A DNA stretch of 64,000 nt from Patescibacteria group bacterium (GCA_040384725.1 JAZKIS010000002.1:7682-71681); one strand, 5' to 3'; numbered from the stretch's first letter, positions 29,757 to 39,150 are shown. Notes: a model not told the origin generated them from the letters alone. Program-made: numbers and translations.

Positions 29757-30599
29757 GTGATAAATCGAAAGAAGCTTTGGGCGGCGGTCCTCACTAGTTG
29801 GGGATACACGCTCATGGGCATGTTCAACATCCTGTTCATGTGCGTGCTGGCTACGGTCATAGCGTCTCGGGTCATCGGGCCCGAGGCGATCATGCTGCTG
29901 CTCATGCCTGCCCTCGCACTCATGTTCGCTACGTTCATGCTGGGCGAGGTGGTCGTGAACTTCTACATGAACGCCGAGACGCCGCACCCAATCAGGGATA
30001 AGCGGTATCTGGACGCGGTCAGGAGCGTGTCTCGAAAGGCGCGCATGCTGATCCGTCCTCGCGCATGGATCGTCTCCATCGGAGGCAAGCCGAACGCGAT
30101 GGCCTACGGCCCCGGCCTGCCGTTCATGGCAGCGATCGGCGTGAGCCGTGAGCTGATCGACATGCTCGATCAGGAAGAGCTCGAAGCCGTGCTCGCGCAC
30201 GAGTTCGGGCACATCAGGTGTCGGGATACCGGCATCCTCGCGATCATAAGCCTTATCTTAGGACTCATAAACAAGCTGCATGGAGCACTGAAGGTCCGAA
30301 CGGCCCTCTTGCTTCAGAATCCCTTGTTGTTCGTGCTGGGTTGGGTCGTATACCTGCTCGGCAAGATCGCGACCTACGTGTCTCGATTCTCTGTCTCGCA
30401 GGAACGCGAACTCGCAGCCGATGCGTTAAGTGCCTATTACATGGATACGCCGGAACCGCTCATACGCGCGCTGACGAAGCTCGATGCTTCGCACGCACGA
30501 AGGGACGAGTCCGAGAGACCCATGTTCGAAGAGCTTATGCTCGCTCATCCCGGTCTTGAGGAACGTATCGCGTCCCTCAGATCCCTCACCACTGCTTAA
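29757..30599 (+). CDS. M48 / HtpX-like membrane zinc metalloprotease
   Basis: PNAM, ELEAVLAHEFGH, ERELAAD, HP..EERI; GTG start after GGAGG. Confidence 0.9.
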   Translation: MINRKKLWAAVLTSWGYTLMGMFNILFMCVLATVIASRVIGPEAIMLLLMPALALMFATFMLGEVVVNFYMNAETPHPIRDKRYLDAVRSVSRKARMLIRPRAWIVSIGGKPNAMAYGPGLPFMAAIGVSRELIDMLDQEELEAVLAHEFGHIRCRDTGILAIISLILGLINKLHGALKVRTALLLQNPLLFVLGWVVYLLGKIATYVSRFSVSQERELAADALSAYYMDTPEPLIRALTKLDASHARRDESERPMFEELMLAHPGLEERIASLRSLTTA

Positions 30600-30608
30600 G
30601 GAGAAGCA

Positions 30609-32186
30609 ATGACTACCCACTCAACTCGCCATCACGGGAAGGCGAAGGTGGCACTGGTGAACCTTGCGGTTACCGGTGTCGTCCTCGTCGGCATGTATTT
30701 CCTGTTTCCGAGCATCCTGCAGGACCTGGTCTTCGACCTGGGCATTCGGAAAGGGTGGTATGTGCTGCCCTGGCTCATCGTCGGCGCGGTCGCCCTGAGC
30801 TATTACCGGAATCATCCGGGCATCGGGCCGCACAACGTCGCGGAGCACCGACGGCCGCTCGCGGTCCTGGTGACGCTCGTGGTCCTTGCCGCGATCGCAA
30901 ACATTGGGGTGTTCGCGACCTTCGACCTCATGGCTTACCGGCTCGAGGTCGGGAGGTTCGCACCCCGTCAGGGGCTCATTCCAGCGTCGGTGGAGGCGAC
31001 GAGGTTCACACCTCGCGCAAACGCCTGCACTGACATGAGCAACTCAGTGTCGGCGACCGGCGAGCATGTGGACTGCAAGTATGTCCAACCCATGATCACT
31101 GATCACGGCTTCGGCTACGTCGCGCCCATCACTCCGTCAGGGATAATCAATACATTCCTGTCGAAGAACCCGGGCTTCCTCAGGCTCGACGACGCAGCAT
31201 CGGTGAACGGCGATCCGACCAGGCGACTGGTTCGGATCGACGAACGCCAAGAAGTCGGCCAAGGCATGCACTGGTTCGATGACGTGAAGTATGTGCTCGC
31301 TCGCACCGACTTCTTCGCCAGCTACGATACGCCGCATTTCCTCGCGCTCGATCCGACGACGCCCGACGTTCTCACGCTGGTCGTTCCGAAGATCAAGTAT
31401 CGGTATTTCCGATTCCCGTACTGGGGCGGCGTCGTGCTCATCCATTCGGATGGGCGCGTCGAGAACCTGTCGGCGGACGAGGCGATGAAGGATCCCCGGC
31501 TCGCCGGGAAGTGGATCTATCCGCTCAGCCTCGCGCGGCGGTATGTGAAGCTTCAGAACTACGCGGCGGGCCACGGCATTATGACGCCGTTCGTCCGTCT
31601 CGTCGGGAAGTTCCAGATCGAAGACATCCCGGGGAATAACGAGTTCCCGCTTCTGACGCGCGGCGCCGATGGGAGAACCTATCTCGTCACCGCGACCAAA
31701 GGGGAAGGGTCGGCCAAAGGCCTGTTCCGGATGTATTTCACTGACGCCACGACGGGCCGGACGACCTATCATCAGTTCGGCTCGCACGAGGTCGTGTACG
31801 GCGTGGGCGCGTCGCTTGACCGCATCACCAATATCCCGGGCTACCAGTGGCGACACGGGGACACCGGGGTGATGGAGGCGATCGAGCCGGTGTATATCGT
31901 TCGCCAGCACGATCCGACCTTGTACTGGAAGTTCACCATCACCAATCTGGACCACTCGGGCATCTCCGCAACTGCGGTTGCGAACGCTTCGAGACCTGAT
32001 GACGTGCGGGTGTTCACCAGGAGGGCTGATTTCGAGGCCTGGCTGCGGGGCACGGAGACCGGACCTTCCGGCCAAGGTGCTCAACAGCAAGGCACACCGG
32101 AGCAGGCCATGCTTGCGACGCTTGCCGGGCTCGAGGCCCAGCTGAAGACTCTGCGCGAGCAGGTCACAGCGCTTCCGGGCGACTAG
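30609..32186 (+). CDS. Accessory membrane protein (3 TM plus large soluble domain)
   Basis: SD AAGGAG; GC-richer than flanks; coiled-coil-like tail. Confidence 0.75.
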   Translation: MTTHSTRHHGKAKVALVNLAVTGVVLVGMYFLFPSILQDLVFDLGIRKGWYVLPWLIVGAVALSYYRNHPGIGPHNVAEHRRPLAVLVTLVVLAAIANIGVFATFDLMAYRLEVGRFAPRQGLIPASVEATRFTPRANACTDMSNSVSATGEHVDCKYVQPMITDHGFGYVAPITPSGIINTFLSKNPGFLRLDDAASVNGDPTRRLVRIDERQEVGQGMHWFDDVKYVLARTDFFASYDTPHFLALDPTTPDVLTLVVPKIKYRYFRFPYWGGVVLIHSDGRVENLSADEAMKDPRLAGKWIYPLSLARRYVKLQNYAAGHGIMTPFVRLVGKFQIEDIPGNNEFPLLTRGADGRTYLVTATKGEGSAKGLFRMYFTDATTGRTTYHQFGSHEVVYGVGASLDRITNIPGYQWRHGDTGVMEAIEPVYIVRQHDPTLYWKFTITNLDHSGISATAVANASRPDDVRVFTRRADFEAWLRGTETGPSGQGAQQQGTPEQAMLATLAGLEAQLKTLREQVTALPGD

Positions 32187-32279
32187 CTCTTGACGACGAT
32201 GCCGCAGACTTCTGGTCTGCGGCATTTTCCTTGCCAGGATCCTAAGGAAGGGTATGATTTTCCTAGAGGAGGACCAGAG

Positions 32280-32477
32280 ATGGCCACAGCAAGAGACTGC
32301 GAGTGCGGAAGGCGCATCATGGTGTTCCAACGGGGCAAGGGCATGGTGCCCGCTCCGGACAAGAACCATGATCTCTGCCAGAAATGCTGGGATGCCCTGT
32401 TGGCGTCCTTCGCGAGAAAGGCCCAGGAATTCTTCCGTGGCATTATGTCAGCCCTAGGAATGAATCTGCGCCGGTGA
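32280..32477 (+). CDS. Small Zn-ribbon protein
   Basis: SD AGGAGG; CECG...HDLCQKC. Confidence 0.65.
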   Translation: MATARDCECGRRIMVFQRGKGMVPAPDKNHDLCQKCWDALLASFARKAQEFFRGIMSALGMNLRR

Positions 32478-32482
32478 TTTCG

Positions 32483-32520
32483 AAAGGGGGCCTTGCGTTT
32501 GCAAGGCCCCCTTCTTCATA
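32483..32520 (+). terminator. Intrinsic terminator
   Basis: AAGGGGGCCTTGC-GTTT-GCAAGGCCCCCTT. Confidence 0.85.
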
Positions 32521-32570
32521 GCTTCCTAAGGAAGTGTCGGGGTATCCTTACAGGACTAACCCAAACAAGC

Positions 32571-32963
32571 ATGAAAGGATTCATAAACGACATCGAAGCG
32601 GAGACCCTAGAGAACAAGAATTTCCGTAAGGTGCTCTACACCGCGTCGTACATGCAGCTCGTGTTGATGAGCATTCCGGTCGGAGAAGACATCGGAGAGG
32701 AAGTGCACGGCCAGGACCAGTTCATCCGTATAGAGGCCGGGAGCGGGCAAGCAATCCTAGACGATGTCTCGCACGATATCGCGGACGGCTCAGCTATCGT
32801 TATACCGGCGGGCACCAAGCACAATATCGTAAACGGCGGACACGAGGACCTAAAGCTCTATTCGATATACGCGACACCGCATCACAAGGATGACGTCGTG
32901 CATAAGACGAAAGCTGATGCGGAGAAGGATGAGGAAGAGTTCCTCGGGGATACGACCGAATAA
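32571..32963 (+). CDS. Cupin domain protein
   Basis: NFRKVLYT, QLVLMS, IGEEVH..DQF, IPAGTKHN. Confidence 0.92.
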   Translation: MKGFINDIEAETLENKNFRKVLYTASYMQLVLMSIPVGEDIGEEVHGQDQFIRIEAGSGQAILDDVSHDIADGSAIVIPAGTKHNIVNGGHEDLKLYSIYATPHHKDDVVHKTKADAEKDEEEFLGDTTE

Positions 32964-32967
32964 GGAA

Positions 32968-32992
32968 GGGTTCGATTCCTAGCCTCCCAGCA
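32968..32992 (+). repeat. tRNA-Gln-3'-end-like cassette boundary site F
   Basis: GGGTTCGATTCCTAGCCTCCCAGCA reads as T-loop, 3' T-stem, acceptor strand and G discriminator. Confidence 0.65.
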
Positions 32993-33009
32993 CTGCTATA
33001 ATTCAGGTC

Positions 33010-33510
33010 ATGAGCGAACACATGGGTCGACCAGAAAGTAGGGAGAGAATAAGCGCTCCACTTGTAATCAGCGGATTTCCTGGAATTGGAAAAAGTACCC
33101 TGTTCGAAAACTCGGGCGAGTGTTCGTACTCAGATAGCGACTCAACCAATTTTTCGTGGAAAGATTCCAGCAAGCAGGAGCGTAACCCGGAATGGCCGAA
33201 AAACTATATTGATCACATTAGGTCAAATACTTCTAAAAACGATGCTTTATTCGTTTCGACTCATAAAGAAACTCGTGATGCGCTCAAGTCCTCCAACATC
33301 CCATTTGTCCTGGTCTACCCATCACTCGAGATGAAAGAAGAATATATACAACGGTATATAGACCGAGGGAGTGATGAGAAATTTATTGAATTGTTACGGA
33401 ATAATTATGAATCATGGGTTACAGAACTTATGACTCAAGAGGGATGTAAGCACGTGGTTCTGAAACCAGGTCAGTATCTTTCTGACGTTATGGAACAGAT
33501 AAGGACTTAG
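33010..33510 (+). CDS. Small P-loop kinase-like protein in an AT-rich cassette
   Basis: ISGFPGIGKS Walker A; DSDS; WPKNY; visibly AT-richer than flanks. Confidence 0.8.
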   Translation: MSEHMGRPESRERISAPLVISGFPGIGKSTLFENSGECSYSDSDSTNFSWKDSSKQERNPEWPKNYIDHIRSNTSKNDALFVSTHKETRDALKSSNIPFVLVYPSLEMKEEYIQRYIDRGSDEKFIELLRNNYESWVTELMTQEGCKHVVLKPGQYLSDVMEQIRT

Positions 33511-33518
33511 AGAATTAG

Positions 33519-33549
33519 AAAAGTTTCAACATCGTCCCAGACCCGGTAA
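33519..33549 (+). repeat. Cassette boundary site G
   Basis: AAAAGTTTCAACATCGTCCCAGACCCGG; 21 of the first 24 nt identical to site D. Confidence 0.7.
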
Positions 33550-33582
33550 GGACTTCTCCTATATGGCGTCTATACTAGTAGT

Positions 33583-34134
33583 ATGAAAAACCCATTCGTA
33601 TTCCTAGCGATAGCTCTGGCAATGTTCGCAATTCCCGCCATAACCAAGGCGGAGAGTCCGATGATGTGCACCATGCAGTACGATCCGGTCTGTGGCACGG
33701 AAAAGGGTGTCTATAAGACCTACGGGAACGGATGCGTGCTTGGTGCAGAAGGCGCTACCTATCAGCACGAGGGCGAATGCACAGCGACGGAACTTAATGG
33801 AGAGCAGGAGGGAACCTATACGCCGCCCGCACACTGCACCGCATGGTTTGACGGTTGCAACAGCTGCAGCAGGAACGCGAACGGCCAGAGCATGTGTACG
33901 CTCATGGCATGCATGGGAGAGCCTAAGGCTGGGTACTGTAGAGCGTATGGAGAGACACAGACCGAAGGACCTCCAGCACCTCCTAAAGGCAATGGATCGA
34001 GCGGCATCGTTACCCCTGCTGAAACCGTTGAGACAGACGTAGCGGTAGAGGCTACAACAACGGTTGAGACCGACCCGGGATTCTTCTTCGGGATCTGGAG
34101 GGCTATCACTGCCTGGTTCAGGGGATTCTTCTAA
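33583..34134 (+). CDS. Secreted Kazal-type plus pacifastin-like Cys-rich protein
   Basis: Signal peptide; CTMQYDPVCG..TYGNGC..GEC; WFDGCNSC...CTLMAC. Confidence 0.75.
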   Translation: MKNPFVFLAIALAMFAIPAITKAESPMMCTMQYDPVCGTEKGVYKTYGNGCVLGAEGATYQHEGECTATELNGEQEGTYTPPAHCTAWFDGCNSCSRNANGQSMCTLMACMGEPKAGYCRAYGETQTEGPPAPPKGNGSSGIVTPAETVETDVAVEATTTVETDPGFFFGIWRAITAWFRGFF

Positions 34135-34176
34135 TCTCTTTGACGGTCCTGTCCGTTTCGGGCATAGTCTTTGTAT

Positions 34177-34731
34177 ATGGATGAGAACGAAGACCTAACG
34201 ATAGAGCGCGACGGCTCTGAAGAAGACGGCATGAGCGAGGTTGAGCTCGAGGAACGCGAGTCCCGCGCTGACACGAAGCTCTCAAAGATCAAGAAAGAAC
34301 TTGATACCTGCAAGCAGGAGCGCCAGGAACACCTCGACGGATGGCAGCGTGCAAAGGCGGACTATGTGAACGCTCTGAAGCGCTTCGAAGAGGAACGCAT
34401 GGAGGCCGTAAAGCTCGGTACCGTTAAGGCGTCGCGTGCATTCATAACCGCCATGGACTCTCTTGCGCGCGCCGAGTCTGCAGGGGAGATCCCAGCATCC
34501 TTCCAGGCGATCGCAAAGCAGCTCCACGATGCCGCGAATTCGCTCGGACTCGAGACCTTCGGAGCAAGTGGAGAAGCATTCGATCCGATGCTGCATGAGG
34601 CCCTTGGCCAGGACCCGGTAGACGCGCAGGAGAAGGACGATACCGTAACGGCCGTGCTTGAGCCAGGATGGAAGGCAGGGGATCATGTGGTGCGTCCAGC
34701 CAAGGTTCGCGTCGGAAGCTTCGAAGGCTAG
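34177..34731 (+). CDS. grpE: Nucleotide exchange factor GrpE
   Basis: WQRAKADYVN, FDPMLHEA, VRPAKVRV; upstream of dnaK. Confidence 0.95.
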   Translation: MDENEDLTIERDGSEEDGMSEVELEERESRADTKLSKIKKELDTCKQERQEHLDGWQRAKADYVNALKRFEEERMEAVKLGTVKASRAFITAMDSLARAESAGEIPASFQAIAKQLHDAANSLGLETFGASGEAFDPMLHEALGQDPVDAQEKDDTVTAVLEPGWKAGDHVVRPAKVRVGSFEG

Positions 34732-34736
34732 GGACT

Positions 34737-34764
34737 TGAACCCAGCTGCAGGAAGCGTAAAATA
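34737..34764 (+). promoter_or_regulatory. Putative dnaK promoter
   Basis: TTGAAC-16 nt-TAAAAT. Confidence 0.5.
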
Positions 34765-34826
34765 GAGGCACTTGGGCGCATGGGCGTTTTTGTAAGGGTT
34801 TCTCTAACAACCTAACTAATTTCACT

Positions 34827-36719
34827 ATGGGAAAGATTCTCGGTATCGATCTCGGCACGACCAACTCCGCCATGGCTATCATGGAGGGCGGCGAGCCGCG
34901 CGTTCTTGAGAACGCAGAGGGGACGCGCACGACCCCTTCGGTTGTTGCTATCGCGAAGAACGGCGAGCGCCTCGTGGGTACGCTCGCGAAGCGCCAGGCC
35001 GTTACAAATCCGAAGAACACCATCTACGGTATCAAGCGCTTCATGGGTCATGCCTTCAAGGATGATGTGGTGCAGAAGGACAAGGACGTGGTGCCGTACG
35101 AGATCAAAAGCGGACCGAACGGTGGCGTTGAGGTGCGCCTTAGCGACAAGGACTATCGTCCTGAGGAGGTTTCCGCGATGATTCTCTCTAAGATGAAAGC
35201 GGACGCCGAGAAGAAGCTCGGCGAGACCATCACGCAGGCGGTTATCACGGTACCTGCGTACTTCGATGACGCGCAGCGCGCGGCAACGAAGGCAGCCGGA
35301 CAGGTGGCGGGTCTCGAGGTTCTTCGCATCATCAATGAGCCGACAGCAGCGGCGCTCGCCTACGGCTTCAACAAGAAGAAGGAAGAGAAGATCGTGGTCT
35401 ACGACTTCGGAGGAGGTACGTTCGACGTATCCGTACTCGAGGTTGGCGACGATGTTATCGAAGTGAAGTCTACCGATGGCGACAGCCACATGGGCGGCCG
35501 CGATATCGACCAGAAGATCGTCCGGTACCTCGCGGACGAGTTTAAGAAAGAGTCGGGTATCGATGTCACGAAGGATCCACTCGCGCTCCAACGCCTCGAC
35601 GAAGGTGCAGAGAAAGCGAAGCACGAGCTATCTACGTCTTCAGAGACCGAAGTGAACATCCCGTTCATCACCGTTGGTTCTGACGGGAATCCGCAGCATC
35701 TTCTCGTTAAGCTTACGTGTGCGAACCTTGAGTCCCTTTCAGACGAGTACATCTCACGCTCGATCGATATAACGAAGCGTGCGCTCGAAGTGTCCGGTAT
35801 CAAGGCGTCTGACGTGAACGAGGTCATCCTCGTGGGCGGCCAGACCCGCATGCCAAAGATCCAGGAAGAGGTCGAGAAGCTCTTCGGCAAGAAGCCGCAC
35901 CGCGACGTGAACCCGGACGAGGTAGTTGCTATCGGTGCTGCTATCCAGGCAGGTATCCTCCAGGGCGACGTGAAGGACATCCTTCTCGTGGATGTTATTC
36001 CGCTCTCGCTCTCGATCGAGACCATGGGAGGCGTCGCGACGAAGCTCATCGAGCGCAATACAGCCGTGCCTACCTCGCGCAGCCAGACGTTCTCGACAGC
36101 GTCAGATAACCAGACGAGCGTAGAGATCCATGTCACGCAGGGCGAGCGCGCCATGGCAGCCGACAACAAGTCGCTCGGCCGCTTCATGCTCGACGGCATA
36201 CCGCCGGCTCCTCGCGGACTCCCGCAGGTAGAAGTCTCCTTCGACCTCGACACGAACGGCATCCTTACCGTTAAGGCGGTAGAGAAGACAACCGGCAAGG
36301 AACAGTCCATCCGCATCGAAGGTTCTACAGGACTCTCTGAAACTGACATCGAGAAGATGAAGGCTGACGCTGAGACGCACGCAGGAGAAGACGCGAAGCG
36401 AAAGGAGCTTGTAGAAGCGAAGAACCTCGCTGAGCAGATGATCTACACGGCAGAGAAAGCGGTGAAGGATGCAGGTGAGAAGGCTCCTGCCGAGGTTGTT
36501 ACCGAGGTGAACGAGAAGGTTGCAGCGCTCCGTACGGCACGTGACGGAGACGACATGGAAGCAATCAAGAATGCTTCTGAGGCTCTCTCCGGCTCGCTCT
36601 CAAAGATCGGCGAAGCAATGATGAAGGATCAGGGACAAGCGGCTCCGGAAGGCGAAGCAGCGCCTGACACTTCGGCAACCGATGCAGAGTTCAGCGAAGA
36701 GGAGAAGCCAAAAGAGTAA
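34827..36719 (+). CDS. dnaK: Chaperone DnaK
   Basis: [25 protein letters not shown]. Confidence 0.99.
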   Translation: MGKILGIDLGTTNSAMAIMEGGEPRVLENAEGTRTTPSVVAIAKNGERLVGTLAKRQAVTNPKNTIYGIKRFMGHAFKDDVVQKDKDVVPYEIKSGPNGGVEVRLSDKDYRPEEVSAMILSKMKADAEKKLGETITQAVITVPAYFDDAQRAATKAAGQVAGLEVLRIINEPTAAALAYGFNKKKEEKIVVYDFGGGTFDVSVLEVGDDVIEVKSTDGDSHMGGRDIDQKIVRYLADEFKKESGIDVTKDPLALQRLDEGAEKAKHELSTSSETEVNIPFITVGSDGNPQHLLVKLTCANLESLSDEYISRSIDITKRALEVSGIKASDVNEVILVGGQTRMPKIQEEVEKLFGKKPHRDVNPDEVVAIGAAIQAGILQGDVKDILLVDVIPLSLSIETMGGVATKLIERNTAVPTSRSQTFSTASDNQTSVEIHVTQGERAMAADNKSLGRFMLDGIPPAPRGLPQVEVSFDLDTNGILTVKAVEKTTGKEQSIRIEGSTGLSETDIEKMKADAETHAGEDAKRKELVEAKNLAEQMIYTAEKAVKDAGEKAPAEVVTEVNEKVAALRTARDGDDMEAIKNASEALSGSLSKIGEAMMKDQGQAAPEGEAAPDTSATDAEFSEEEKPKE

Positions 36720-36735
36720 GGCATAAGGGATGTTG

Positions 36736-36790
36736 CAATAGCCATGACCTTGTCGTGGCTATTGACTTTTAGTACTAAATGGTGTATTGT
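36736..36790 (+). promoter_or_regulatory. dnaK terminator hairpin overlapping a cassette promoter with a palindromic spacer
   Basis: CAATAGCCATGAC/GTCGTGGCTATTG hairpin; TTGACT-17-TATTGT; TTTAGTACTAAA palindrome in the spacer. Confidence 0.65.
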
Positions 36791-36838
36791 TAGAACAACG
36801 TTTAATCAGCCTTCGGGCACGGATACGGAGTTCCTTCC

Positions 36839-37420
36839 ATGGTTGCCTATGTCAAAGAGAAGTTGCCGTTCTTGCTGCTGTGCCTCGTGGGCATAGTGGT
36901 GGGTCTCACCAGCTTCCCGTCGCTCTCAAAGGCGCAAGAAGCTCCGTCCTGCCGTGACCGCGAGGCCATGGGGGAGATGGTTCTCGCATGTCCCGACGGT
37001 CTGTACCAGATGCTCAACCTGAGCTCGGGTCGCATCATCGTCAAGATCGACACCGGAGGCGTGGACCCCAGGTCCTGTAGTCCCGAGGTCTCTCATGGCG
37101 CAATCGTCGCTCGATGCGGCGAACATCGCTACGAGTGGCAGCGGGTGAACGGCCTGCTCAGCCTGCGACTGATTCCCGAAGTCAGTCGCGAGGAGGCGCA
37201 ACGCCTGATCTATCTGGACAGCGCGCGGCAGCGTTCGGCGGTGTACGGATACGTTCCGCCCGAATGCGGCGTCATGATCGAGCGCAACACGCAACGATGC
37301 GACGACGCACGCTGGCGACGACGCAATGTCGTTCACTGTTACGGCCCCTATACGGGAACACCCGTGTATGAGGCCGAAACGTGCATCAGCTGGCGCGAAC
37401 AGCGCCGATTCGGCAACTGA
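36839..37420 (+). CDS. Accessory secreted Cys-rich protein between dnaK and dnaJ
   Basis: GGAG SD, signal peptide, multiple Cys. Confidence 0.75.
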   Translation: MVAYVKEKLPFLLLCLVGIVVGLTSFPSLSKAQEAPSCRDREAMGEMVLACPDGLYQMLNLSSGRIIVKIDTGGVDPRSCSPEVSHGAIVARCGEHRYEWQRVNGLLSLRLIPEVSREEAQRLIYLDSARQRSAVYGYVPPECGVMIERNTQRCDDARWRRRNVVHCYGPYTGTPVYEAETCISWREQRRFGN

Positions 37421-37423
37421 AAG

Positions 37424-37462
37424 GAGGGCGGTCTTCGAACGAAGACCGCCCTTTTCATTTTC
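37424..37462 (+). terminator. Intrinsic terminator of the shared cassette-end family
   Basis: AGGGCGGTCTTCG-AA-CGAAGACCGCCCT followed by a T-tract. Confidence 0.85.
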
Positions 37463-37521
37463 TATACAGAACCAGTAGGTTACTTTGCCTCTCTAAACGC
37501 GGAAGCGTATAGTAGGTACAC

Positions 37522-38592
37522 ATGGCAAAGAACTATTACGACATCCTCGGCGTCGACAAGAAGGCCACGCAAGACGACGTCAAGAAGGCGTTCCGTAAGC
37601 TCGCGCAGAAGCACCATCCTGACAAGGGAGGAGACGAGTCGAAGTTCAAGGAGATAACGGAAGCCTATAGCACGCTATCGGACGAGAAGAAGCGTCGCGA
37701 ATACGATTCATACGGACAGACCTTCCAGGGCGGAGGTGCGGGAGGGTACGGGGGCTTCGATCCGTCTCAGTTCGGCGGCTTCGGACAGGGCGGGGTGGAA
37801 TTCGATCTGAACGATCTCTTCGAAGGGTTCGGGGATATATTTGGTGGGCGAGGCGGGCGCTCTCGTGCGAAGCGCGGGCGGGATATCTCCATAGATATCG
37901 AAGCCTCATTCAAGGAGTCGATCCTTGGCGGCAGCCGCTCCGTACTGCTTACGAAAGTAGGCACCTGTGACACCTGCGAAGGCTCCGGCGCGAAGCCGGG
38001 GACCGAGCTTGAGACCTGCAAGACCTGTAACGGGCAGGGGAAGATGCATGAGACCCGCAACTCGCCACTTGGCGCCTTTACGAGCGTGCGGACTTGCTCT
38101 ATCTGTGAAGGCTCGGGGAAGATTCCGAAAGAGAAGTGCGCAACGTGCTCAGGGCACGGAGTGCAGCGTCGTGAGGAGGAGATCAAGATTCAGATCCCTA
38201 AGGGCATCGATGGCGGAGAGATGATCCGGATGCCGGGTCAAGGCGAGGCGATAAAGGGTGGCACGTCAGGGGACTTGTACGTAAAGGTGCATGTGAAGCC
38301 GCATGCAGTGTTCAAGAAGGAGGGCATGAATCTCGTGATGAACATGCCCATGAAGCTCACGGACGCGCTTCTTGGTACTACTGCTACGATAACGACCATC
38401 GATGAGAAGAAGCTCGAGGTGAAGATACCCGCCATGGCCGAGGCGCAGCAGACACTCCGCCTCAAAGGAAAGGGTGTCTCGATCGACGGGCATGAGGGCG
38501 ACCTTCTCATTCGTCTCACCGCGACCCTGCCGAAGAAGATTTCCGCGAAGGCGAAGAAGGCGATCGAGGAACTGAAGAGCGAAGGGCTCTAG
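37522..38592 (+). CDS. dnaJ: Chaperone DnaJ
   Basis: HPD motif, G/F-rich region, four CxxCxGxG repeats. Confidence 0.98.
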   Translation: MAKNYYDILGVDKKATQDDVKKAFRKLAQKHHPDKGGDESKFKEITEAYSTLSDEKKRREYDSYGQTFQGGGAGGYGGFDPSQFGGFGQGGVEFDLNDLFEGFGDIFGGRGGRSRAKRGRDISIDIEASFKESILGGSRSVLLTKVGTCDTCEGSGAKPGTELETCKTCNGQGKMHETRNSPLGAFTSVRTCSICEGSGKIPKEKCATCSGHGVQRREEEIKIQIPKGIDGGEMIRMPGQGEAIKGGTSGDLYVKVHVKPHAVFKKEGMNLVMNMPMKLTDALLGTTATITTIDEKKLEVKIPAMAEAQQTLRLKGKGVSIDGHEGDLLIRLTATLPKKISAKAKKAIEELKSEGL

Positions 38593-38643
38593 AGTTCACA
38601 GTTCGCATGCCGAGGCATGGCGTGCGTCTGCTATGCTGATGCT

Positions 38644-39150
38644 ATGGATGCACTTAATCAGTTTGCGACAGGAGGGTTCGGATCGATCGTAACGTTCTTC
38701 GGCAACTTTCTCGTTCTCGTCGTTATCGCGGCATTGCTGTTCTTCTTCGCACTCAGGGCGGGACGAGCGATGCTCATATCGCTCATACTTGCCCTCTATG
38801 TAGGCTTCGCGCTCTTTACGGTATTCCCGTACAAGGAGATGTTCCTCGTGGGGGATTCGGCGCTCGTGCGTGCGGTTGCCGGCATTGCACTCTTTGCCGT
38901 GTTCACGTTCTTTCCATACATACTGCTCAGGCGTGTAGCGACCTCCGGCTCGATGCAGATCAATCCGGTCGTACTTTCAGCACTCGCGCTCGTTACAGGC
39001 GGCTTCGTGCTCGCGCTCGGGTACCACGTGCTCGATATCGCAGCTGTTATCCCGCTCACACCGTCCCTCGATGCGTTGTTCGCTCCGGACAAGTACTTCT
39101 TCTGGTGGTTCCTGGCACCGCTCGCGGGCGTCTACCTTACGGCCCGTTAA
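38644..39150 (+). CDS. Hypothetical multi-pass membrane protein
   Basis: About five hydrophobic helices. Confidence 0.75.
   Translation: MDALNQFATGGFGSIVTFFGNFLVLVVIAALLFFFALRAGRAMLISLILALYVGFALFTVFPYKEMFLVGDSALVRAVAGIALFAVFTFFPYILLRRVATSGSMQINPVVLSALALVTGGFVLALGYHVLDIAAVIPLTPSLDALFAPDKYFFWWFLAPLAGVYLTAR

Noticed and set aside
34722-34746. Minus-strand GGGTTCAAGTCCCTAGCC resembling a tRNA T-arm or boundary site
   Set aside because: It overlaps the grpE stop and a plausible dnaK -35 box, is in the opposite orientation to all other sites and flanks no cassette; probably chance.
34135-34826. CIRCE/HrcA operator at grpE-dnaK
   Set aside because: No TTAGCACTC-N9-GAGTGCTAA match seen.
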